DNA of 22,975 bases, taken from IMG/VR virus record IMGVR_UViG_3300019375_000023, one strand, 5' to 3'. The DNA is from a virus. The first letter of the stretch is position 1. Each line of letters starts with the position of its first letter. Of this stretch, positions 17,420 to 22,975 are shown piece after piece. The notes under the pieces are model-generated. The model ran no database searches and was not told the DNA's origin. It was given only the letters and a program-made list of their open reading frames with translations. A program made the translations under genes and the position numbers.

Positions 17420-17764
17420 TTATCCCTTTTCTAGTTCGTTTAAGTGTTTTAGCACTAGTTCTTCTGCTATTTCTTCGGCTTTTTCGTTTATTGTTTTATC
17501 GATTGTTTCTAGTTCTTCTTTTTTCTTTTTTTCAGCCCATTTGTCTATTATTATTACGATTATTATTTCTATTATTATGCTTAGTACTCCTAGTTGTAGT
17601 TCTACGTCGCTGAATCCTCGATTAGTCATTCTAGTGTTTAGGCCTGTTATGATTAATCCGATTCCGCTGCTGACTAGGGTTGTTGTTGTGACTGTTTTTG
17701 CGAAGTTTTTTATCCATATTGTTTTTCGGTATGGTATTTTTTCTGTGAGTTTAGGTGATGTCAT
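17420..17764 (-). CDS. Two-TM membrane protein with C-terminal coiled coil (holin / lysis accessory candidate)
   Basis: 114 aa from ATG 17764 (GGTGA SD). Hydrophobic segments TTTTLVSSGIGLIITGL and LGVLSIIIEIIIVIIID, then a charged tail. Confidence 0.65.
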   Translation of the reverse strand: MTSPKLTEKIPYRKTIWIKNFAKTVTTTTLVSSGIGLIITGLNTRMTNRGFSDVELQLGVLSIIIEIIIVIIIDKWAEKKKKEELETIDKTINEKAEEIAEELVLKHLNELEKG

Positions 17765-18092
17765 CGTTATCACCACATTTGCAGTCTTCACAATCACTTT
17801 CTACAGATATTGGTTGTAGGCCAAAGTGTTTTATTCCATAGGTTATGTAGTCTTCGATTGTGATTTGATTTTTTTTAAAGAAGTTGTTTGTGTACTTCAT
17901 ATCTACATATGATAGAATAATTCCTATGATTACTCCTAGACCTTGCATTATTTCAGTTGCTTGTCCTGTTAAATCAATACCACAATACAACAATAGTATT
18001 TTTATTAACCATGGAGTAGTGTATCCTGCAATCAATAATCCTATTGTTTTAAAAATAGAACTTCCATTTCCAATATAATTTGTATCACTCAT
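17751..18092 (-). CDS. Holin-like two-TM membrane protein
   Basis: 113 aa with hydrophobic segments IFKTIGLLIAGYTTPWLIKILLL and IMQGLGVIIGIILSYV. AGGTGA SD. Confidence 0.6.
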   Translation of the reverse strand: MSDTNYIGNGSSIFKTIGLLIAGYTTPWLIKILLLYCGIDLTGQATEIMQGLGVIIGIILSYVDMKYTNNFFKKNQITIEDYITYGIKHFGLQPISVESDCEDCKCGDNDDIT

Positions 18093-18135
18093 TCTAAATC
18101 ACCTAAAAAAATTATTTTTTCCTTTTTTTTGGGAT

Positions 18136-18243
18136 TGGAGATGAAGGGATTCAAACCCTCAATGATGAAAGACTTATAAACATCACATCAAAAATGTAAC
18201 ACAATGACCTGAAAAAATAAATGTCTTCTTTTTAAACATCTCC
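18136..18243 (-). ncRNA. tRNA-like element (acceptor stem plus T arm, non-canonical middle)
   Basis: GGAGATG (18243-18237) pairs with CATCTCC (18143-18137) plus A. T arm GAGGG-TTTGAAT-CCCTT. 108 nt total, with no canonical D arm. Confidence 0.5.
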
Positions 18244-18449
18244 ACAACTTAAGTTTATGAAAAAAAGATGAAAATGTGTATAAATCACAATCAAATAGAA
18301 ATTTTTTAATTTAATTCAATATGGGAGCAAAATTTTTTTTATGATTCTATTATGGCTGTCTAAACTACTTTTATAACAGACAAAGCTTGTTAACGTGTAA
18401 ACATATTTGACTTAAAAAAAAACGTCAAGTTTTTTTTGTTTTTTTACTT

Positions 18450-18572
18450 TTAAAAATTTAACCAGAAATAATTCATGCGTAAGACCTTCCCACAATGACG
18501 GCAGAAAACTTCATCATGGACATGATCATATAACGCATCGTGTTCTTCGCATTCTCTGCAATAAATTTCCAT
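18450..18572 (-). CDS. TFIIB/TFB-type Zn-ribbon microprotein (40 aa; 52 aa if started at ATG 18608)
   Basis: MEIYCRECEEHDALYDHVHDEVFCRHCGKVLRMNYFWLNF* matches the CxxC-x6-YD-x4-E-x2-CxxCG-x-V pattern of TFB N-terminal Zn ribbons. Below the ORF-track size cutoff. Confidence 0.75.
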   Translation of the reverse strand: MEIYCRECEEHDALYDHVHDEVFCRHCGKVLRMNYFWLNF

Positions 18573-18614
18573 GGATTTAAAATTTTTATATTTGTCATGA
18601 TTACACATTTTTCA

Positions 18615-18644
18615 TCTTCATTATACACTCTCATAAAAATAAAA
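18615..18644 (-). promoter_or_regulatory. 30-bp motif copy 2, candidate late promoter
   Basis: Identical to 8852-8881. Intergenic, upstream of the Zn-ribbon, membrane and packaging genes. Confidence 0.5.
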
Positions 18645-18650
18645 AAAAGA

Positions 18651-18917
18651 TTAAGATTTCAAACGTAAACGTTCCATTTCACGTTTGATAGTTTCTTTCT
18701 CACAATTAAAATCAGTATTAGCATGAGGACCTAAAGTACCAGTACCTACACCATAACGTTTAATAGGACCCCATTCTTTTTTATGCTTGTGATAATGCCT
18801 GTGGGAAGCATTACGCCATTGCTGCTTTAAAGCCACTTCCCTACAGTCATCACAACAATATTTCTCAGTCTTATAATTTTTAGTAAATTCTTTCCCACAC
18901 GCTTTACATACTGCCAT
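18651..18917 (-). CDS. Zn-finger protein (CxxC...YCCxxC), basic, putative nucleic-acid binding
   Basis: MAVCKACGKEF...KYCCDDCRE followed by a basic helix. Confidence 0.7.
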   Translation of the reverse strand: MAVCKACGKEFTKNYKTEKYCCDDCREVALKQQWRNASHRHYHKHKKEWGPIKRYGVGTGTLGPHANTDFNCEKETIKREMERLRLKS

Positions 18918-19212
18918 TCATTCCTGCCTTTACCTTTTCAAATTCATCTAAATGCTCACATACATACTCAAAAGCAATAGTAGAAAAAACATCAACACTA
19001 AATTTAAACCTACCAATAGGCTCATAGAACACATTAGTGTATGGATCATAATGCGTATCCTCTAATAAGTATTCAATATACCTTTTCAAAACGGTTACAC
19101 GTACACTTATTCCTGCATCATCCAATAAGTTTAATGTTTTTGCTAGTATTTTACTTTTCCATGAGTTCAATACACTTTGCTTATCATAAAATCTCATATT
19201 TTTAAATAACAT
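18904..19212 (-). CDS. Hypothetical protein
   Basis: 102 aa, GGAG SD, overlaps the downstream gene. Confidence 0.6.
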   Translation of the reverse strand: MLFKNMRFYDKQSVLNSWKSKILAKTLNLLDDAGISVRVTVLKRYIEYLLEDTHYDPYTNVFYEPIGRFKFSVDVFSTIAFEYVCEHLDEFEKVKAGMNGSM

Positions 19213-19214
19213 TT

Positions 19215-19304
19215 TTAGGGCAACTCCATATTCATTAAATATTCAACAATGTAAATTATCACAAGTATTGCTAGGCCAATCATAAGGATTCTAATTAGAG
19301 TCAT
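19215..19304 (-). CDS. 29-aa single-TM microprotein
   Basis: MTLIRILMIGLAILVIIYIVEYLMNMELP*. ATGA overlap with the upstream stop, and it exactly fills the gap to the next gene. Confidence 0.6.
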   Translation of the reverse strand: MTLIRILMIGLAILVIIYIVEYLMNMELP

Positions 19305-19618
19305 TCTACCTCACCATCAATTTTAACATCACCTGCAATCTCATTAACTAACTGGTAATGCATTTTATAAAATTTATCTAACAATTCAAATGCACCCTCT
19401 CTTTCACATGCTTCAGCAGTTCCAGAACAAATACTTTTATCCCATTTTTGCTGGCAATGTGTTCCTATGTTAAATAGTTCACCCGCACAATGTTGTAGTT
19501 GGTTTAATTGTTCCTGGGTAATAGTATAACCAAATACTTTATCTAAAGCTTCTTTTGCTGCTTTTTCTCCAAGGTTTTTATTCCTGTTTTGTTCAAGTAA
19601 CTCTTCCATTATAGTCAT
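19301..19618 (-). CDS. Hypothetical protein
   Basis: 105 aa, abuts both neighbours. Confidence 0.6.
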   Translation of the reverse strand: MTIMEELLEQNRNKNLGEKAAKEALDKVFGYTITQEQLNQLQHCAGELFNIGTHCQQKWDKSICSGTAEACEREGAFELLDKFYKMHYQLVNEIAGDVKIDGEVE

Positions 19619-19858
19619 TCAACACACCCCATAACTTTCATGCTCCACATATTTCTCTTGATGATCTAATTCTTTTTTCAATTGAACATTCTTTTCAGAC
19701 AATCTCATTAATGCACGACTCAATTTCCTATTCTCTTCATTATAATTATTCAATAGTTCTTCACATGAAAAAATATCATGTACTACCCCAGTACGATTAT
19801 CTCTTACAAAATCATGGTTATAGCCAATATGTGCCTCATAACGCTTTTCTTTAGTCAT
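19619..19858 (-). CDS. Hypothetical coiled-coil protein (paralog of 19859-20110)
   Basis: 79 aa. RDNRTG...D..SC.E.LN followed by a heptad pattern. Confidence 0.6.
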   Translation of the reverse strand: MTKEKRYEAHIGYNHDFVRDNRTGVVHDIFSCEELLNNYNEENRKLSRALMRLSEKNVQLKKELDHQEKYVEHESYGVC

Positions 19859-20110
19859 TCATTCATCACCATTTAAACTTGTTTTTGTACATGTTCTTGC
19901 CCTTGTTGGCATTTGTTCCCATACTGTATTTTCTCTTATCCATTTTAGGTCATCTAATTCCATTACTCTTTGTTTTAACTGCTCATTCTCTTTTTTAACT
20001 TGATTAATAGACATCTGTTGCTCATTTAATACCCCACATGCCTTTTTCAAATCTAAATACTCTCCAGTCTCCTCATTTTGAATATAATATTCATTCACGA
20101 CTTTGAACAT
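19859..20110 (-). CDS. Hypothetical coiled-coil protein (paralog of 19619-19858)
   Basis: 83 aa. QNEETG...D...AC..LN followed by a heptad pattern. Confidence 0.6.
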   Translation of the reverse strand: MFKVVNEYYIQNEETGEYLDLKKACGVLNEQQMSINQVKKENEQLKQRVMELDDLKWIRENTVWEQMPTRARTCTKTSLNGDE

Positions 20111-20116
20111 TATAAT

Positions 20117-20449
20117 TTACTCCATTGTTTCAGTAAAACCATCAACTTCAAAACGGTAAAAATAAAACCTATCCCAAGGCTGAATATTAGGATAGATTTG
20201 TAATAAACACATTTTCAAATCATGTAAAGATCCAAAACCTTCAAGCTTTGCATCTTCAACATTTAGTGTTTTCCACATTTTGTAACCCACATCAGTAATA
20301 GTGACGAATATTTTTTCAGGACAATCCTCAAAAACACATACTGCAAAGTCACCAGGAACTACATCCAATCTACGCCTTCTTAAAGTTTGAGTTTTAACTC
20401 CATTTTTAATAGGTTTAAAAAATTCTTTTTTAAATTTAATCGCCGTCAT
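20117..20449 (-). CDS. ASCH domain protein, YqfB-like
   Basis: IKFKKEFFKPIKNGVKTQTLR, PGD, EDAKLEGF, L.QIYP and FY..RF give the ASCH GxKxxTxR signature and YqfB-like C-terminus. Confidence 0.85.
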   Translation of the reverse strand: MTAIKFKKEFFKPIKNGVKTQTLRRRRLDVVPGDFAVCVFEDCPEKIFVTITDVGYKMWKTLNVEDAKLEGFGSLHDLKMCLLQIYPNIQPWDRFYFYRFEVDGFTETME

Positions 20450-20675
20450 TTTTTATCACCACATACTCCCTCAAAGAAATTTTTAATGAATACTCTACAT
20501 CACCAACATCACCATTGAACTTTCGATACAGCTGATCAGCATTCACATAACAACTATCTACTACTCCTTTGTAAGTGATATCATTCATTTTATCTTTCAC
20601 AATAACAACCATAGTCTTAATATCAAAACTAATTATTTCAACATCTTTTCCACAGCGCCCATACAATTCTAACAT
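20436..20675 (-). CDS. Hypothetical protein
   Basis: GGTGA SD supports ATG 20675. Overlaps the ASCH gene by 14 nt. Confidence 0.6.
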   Translation of the reverse strand: MLELYGRCGKDVEIISFDIKTMVVIVKDKMNDITYKGVVDSCYVNADQLYRKFNGDVGDVEYSLKISLREYVVIKNDGD

Positions 20676-20676
20676 T

Positions 20677-20919
20677 TTAATCACCATCTTCAGTAGTTTC
20701 TGGTTCTAATGGAATAAATTCATTACAAGCATCAATACAAGCTTTTGCAATAAATAAATTCAACTCACCAAGGGCAGTATCTATTTTTACTATTGAATGA
20801 CTTGTTTCACGATTATAAATACGCAAAGTGGTTACTTCTACATTTATATCTTCAATAGTATCAACTACATTTCCAGCCATATCTAGTATTACATATTTTT
20901 CAATCATTTTCTTTGTCAT
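20677..20919 (-). CDS. Hypothetical protein
   Basis: 80 aa, abuts the upstream stop, acidic. Confidence 0.6.
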   Translation of the reverse strand: MTKKMIEKYVILDMAGNVVDTIEDINVEVTTLRIYNRETSHSIVKIDTALGELNLFIAKACIDACNEFIPLEPETTEDGD

Positions 20920-21132
20920 TCATTTCATCTCCTTTAACCCATACCCTTTTAATGTTTCTTCAATTCCTTTAATCAAATCATTATACATTTTCTCATTCGT
21001 TGCCACCATTATTGGAGCATCTTTTATAATTTTATTTAGTAATGATAATGCATTCAATTTGTTCTGTATCTGCAATTCTTTTAGAATCTCAGATAATACT
21101 TTTTCCAGTCTGTTAAATTCAGCATTGTTCAT
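20920..21132 (-). CDS. Hypothetical helical protein
   Basis: 70 aa, ATGA overlap with 21129-21299. Confidence 0.6.
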   Translation of the reverse strand: MNNAEFNRLEKVLSEILKELQIQNKLNALSLLNKIIKDAPIMVATNEKMYNDLIKGIEETLKGYGLKEMK

Positions 21133-21299
21133 TCTATAATCCCCATTCCTAACATCAAAATATAACTTACTAAATCTTTTTCAGTTAACTCCTCATCATT
21201 ATTCATTTTTCTAACAACAGGAATATCCTCCATAGTTGCTGTTCCTTCCTTTTGTTTTTGAAAAAAATCATCAATGTATTCATCTGTTTTATCACTCAT
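21129..21299 (-). CDS. Hypothetical 56-aa acidic protein (missed by the ORF track)
   Basis: MSDKTDEYIDDFFQKQKEGTATMEDIPVVRKMNNDEELTEKDLVSYILMLGMGIIE*. ATGA overlaps at both ends. Confidence 0.65.
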   Translation of the reverse strand: MSDKTDEYIDDFFQKQKEGTATMEDIPVVRKMNNDEELTEKDLVSYILMLGMGIIE

Positions 21300-21490
21300 A
21301 ATTTCACCACCTTTTTCTTACATTCTGGACAAATCTGAAACTCCTGCAAACATCTAAAAAACACAGGTTCATAAAACCAATAATTACTAAGCTTTGCACC
21401 ACAAAAAGGACATCTGGGCCTAACAGCTTCCCTTATTTTTTCAGCAAACCAATTATTGATTTCTTCTAATCGTTTATCAGATTCATTCAT
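21296..21490 (-). CDS. Zn-ribbon protein (CPFCG...CPEC)
   Basis: Two CxxC pairs and ATGA overlaps. Confidence 0.7.
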   Translation of the reverse strand: MNESDKRLEEINNWFAEKIREAVRPRCPFCGAKLSNYWFYEPVFFRCLQEFQICPECKKKVVKL

Positions 21491-21591
21491 TCCACATCAC
21501 ACTCATTATTTTCATGATATTGCAATACACATTCTAAACACTCATTGCAATAACCCTCACCAAGAACACACCAATTAAAATCATTTTCCAT
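21487..21591 (-). CDS. 34-aa Cys-rich microprotein
   Basis: MENDFNWCVLGEGYCNECLECVLQYHENNECDVE*. GGAGG SD 9 nt upstream of ATG 21591. Confidence 0.5.
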   Translation of the reverse strand: MENDFNWCVLGEGYCNECLECVLQYHENNECDVE

Positions 21592-21700
21592 CTGGATCAT
21601 CCTCCTTATTTTTATTATACTCTTCCTGCAAATCAGCCATGACTCGTAGGAATTCATCCGCATCTGGGAAAATATACACACCATTATTATTTTCATCCAT
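21581..21700 (-). CDS. 39-aa acidic microprotein (missed by the ORF track)
   Basis: MDENNNGVYIFPDADEFLRVMADLQEEYNKNKEDDPDGK*. GTGGGG SD, and it starts 2 nt after the upstream stop. Confidence 0.6.
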   Translation of the reverse strand: MDENNNGVYIFPDADEFLRVMADLQEEYNKNKEDDPDGK

Positions 21701-21702
21701 CT

Positions 21703-21891
21703 TTAATACCCCACTTTTCTATGAAACTTCTTTTTAAACCTCACCATATCTGTTTTCTTAAGTTTCGGAAGTAGCCTATCCACAAATCGTTCACACCAAC
21801 GATAGTAATTCATATGGCCCGTCATTGGCGTGTTAGCATAAGGATTAGATCTCCATTGAAAAATATACTTGAACCTAATTTTATTTTTCAT
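21703..21891 (-). CDS. Hypothetical basic protein
   Basis: 62 aa, Lys/Arg-rich, abuts the upstream stop. Confidence 0.6.
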   Translation of the reverse strand: MKNKIRFKYIFQWRSNPYANTPMTGHMNYYRWCERFVDRLLPKLKKTDMVRFKKKFHRKVGY

Positions 21892-22158
21892 TTAATACCC
21901 CACTTCTAAAACTTCCAGGACCTTTGCTGATGCATAAACAATGCCATCCTGAGCAGGTTCTTCATTTAATATTTCCACTTGTACACGGGCACATCTTGGA
22001 ATATCATTCATGAAACAACCACACATACAGTCATATTCCCTGTCTGATGTGGTTAAGAAAATTACGTTTCCTTTTTTTAATTGTTGTATGTTTTCTGCCC
22101 AGACAGTGTATTCACCGTCTGTGAATGTTTTTTCTGTGAAATCATCTAACGTACACAT
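21892..22158 (-). CDS. Hypothetical protein
   Basis: 88 aa, beta-rich, with a CMCGC motif. Confidence 0.6.
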   Translation of the reverse strand: MCTLDDFTEKTFTDGEYTVWAENIQQLKKGNVIFLTTSDREYDCMCGCFMNDIPRCARVQVEILNEEPAQDGIVYASAKVLEVLEVGY

Positions 22159-22434
22159 TTACAACACCTGAGTCTTTGGTTTAATACATAAGTCAATAGT
22201 TAAAACATGATTTAAATTAATAAACATAGCGTAATCTTTTTTAGAGATTATGACTATTGAATCTTCAAAAAATAGAATCTCTTTACTGAGAGCTAGATCT
22301 ATTGTATCGTCTTGACCTTTCATGTCCCATATGTTCAACAGGTATTCTGTATATTTTTTAGTCATACCGTCTGTTAATATGTGGTAAATCGGTTCGGATT
22401 TGCCTAATTTTTCTGTTTTTTTGTTTAAAATCAT
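22159..22434 (-). CDS. Hypothetical protein
   Basis: 91 aa, GGAAGTGA SD-like motif upstream. Confidence 0.6.
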   Translation of the reverse strand: MILNKKTEKLGKSEPIYHILTDGMTKKYTEYLLNIWDMKGQDDTIDLALSKEILFFEDSIVIISKKDYAMFINLNHVLTIDLCIKPKTQVL

Positions 22435-22553
22435 TTTTAATCACTTCCGGTTAAAATATTAACATTGTTATATTTTATCATTGTTTGATAAAGTAATAAT
22501 AAATAAATAATAAATAATAATAATTTTCTCTCTAAAAAAACGAATAATAAGTC

Positions 22554-22683
22554 AAGTATGTATTTGTATGTATAATACAGATAAATACATACTCTACTTA
22601 CGGGAGCCCCGTGAGTTACACTTGAAACACTTGCACTGTTTCTTAATGCAACAATATCACATAATACATACTTATACATACAA
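22554..22683. repeat. Array of five GTATGTAT octamers flanking a GC-rich hairpin
   Basis: GTATGTAT at 22556 and 22566. Inverted copies ATACATAC at 22585, 22664 and 22674. Hairpin ACTTACGGG-AGC-CCCGTGAGT at 22596-22616. Confidence 0.8.
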
Positions 22684-22975
22684 CTATGCAAAATTGACAA
22701 AAGCAACATCCTCCTGCTCCAAAATATTCTTAATCTTACTAAAAGAAACTTTCTTCTTTTTACACTCACGCTCCAACATATTCAAACCCAACACGCCTTT
22801 ACGCTCATAAATGTTCCTGGCCCAGGATAAAACCTCCTTAATATTAGAAGCATCACCTTCCAAAGCAGAACGTTTCTTACGAATATCACATAACTTATCT
22901 TCCTTAATCTCCAATTCATCATGTAATTTCGCAATCTCCTTCATAAGCTTAGACTCTTCCGTTTCAGCATGCAAA
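22684..22975 (-). CDS. Coiled-coil protein with a possible C-terminal HTH (5'-truncated by the window edge)
   Basis: Heptad-rich N-terminal part, then short helices (KGVLGLNMLERECKKKKVSFSKIKNILE). The frame is open to the window end. Confidence 0.6.
   Translation of the reverse strand, partial: LHAETEESKLMKEIAKLHDELEIKEDKLCDIRKKRSALEGDASNIKEVLSWARNIYERKGVLGLNMLERECKKKKVSFSKIKNILEQEDVAFVNFA

Larger units (their letters stand above)
1..22975 (-). mobile_element. Tailed archaeal virus / provirus segment (siphovirus-like, probably infecting Methanobacteriales)
   Basis: Co-oriented gene order terminase-portal-MuF-protease-MCP-connectors-tail tube-chaperone-tape measure. GGTGA-type SD motifs and an archaeal-type tRNA-Gln. 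No integrase or att site in the window, so integrated versus free state is unknown. Confidence 0.93.

Noticed and set aside
17420-17764. Diversity-generating retroelement target as the explanation of the base bias
   Set aside because: No reverse transcriptase or template/variable repeat pair is visible in the window.
18265-18618. Imperfect inverted repeat AAGATGAAAA(A)TGTGTA at 18265-18280 and 18602-18618
   Set aside because: It is a 16/17-bp AT-rich match with an indel. There is no transposase, recombinase or target duplication, so the evidence for a MITE or invertible segment is insufficient.
21592-21696. N-terminal extension of track ORF 21487-21696
   Set aside because: Another frame (21581-21700) has an SD, coupling and a more protein-like sequence. 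GGAGG supports a start at 21591.
22554-22683. CRISPR mini-array interpretation of the octamer repeats
   Set aside because: The units are 8-12 bp, irregularly spaced and in both orientations, with no unique spacers of CRISPR length.
22437-22769. 110-aa minus-strand ORF from the track
   Set aside because: It overlaps the better ORF at 22684-22975, runs through the repeat array and A/T tract, and its hydrophobic stretch is a translation of low-complexity DNA.

Overview
This window is part of a tailed archaeal virus or provirus (Caudoviricetes, siphovirus-type). It is AT-rich (roughly 30% GC by eye), and every credible gene lies on the minus strand. Methanogen-type GGTGA/GGAGG ribosome-binding sites, an archaeal-type tRNA-Gln (A1-U72) and a psiM2-like terminase/portal/capsid architecture point to a Methanobacteriales host such as Methanobrevibacter; this is inferred, not confirmed. 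In transcription order (right to left): a repeat-plus-hairpin element and about 18 small early or accessory genes (including a YqfB-like ASCH protein and Zn-finger proteins); a TFB-like Zn-ribbon microprotein; a tRNA-like element; two membrane (holin-like) genes; terminase small and large subunits; portal; a 1141-aa MuF minor head protein fused to a JAB/JAMM-like domain, three helical repeats and an R-S-E ADP-ribosyltransferase; two unknown genes; tRNA-Gln(UUG) and tRNA-Leu(UAG); prohead protease/scaffold; major capsid protein; decoration protein; connector genes; tail tube; a PEGA/Ig-like domain; tail assembly chaperone; and a tape measure gene that runs off the window. The most notable signals are: the dual-effector MuF protein with adjacent candidate immunity genes and tRNAs; two candidate +1 programmed frameshifts in the tail module; a membrane gene with 9 of 12 Leu codons CTA, matching the viral tRNA-Leu(UAG); an identical 30-bp motif upstream of both late operons; and a tRNA-mimic element. 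All product calls come from motif recognition and gene order; no database searches were run.
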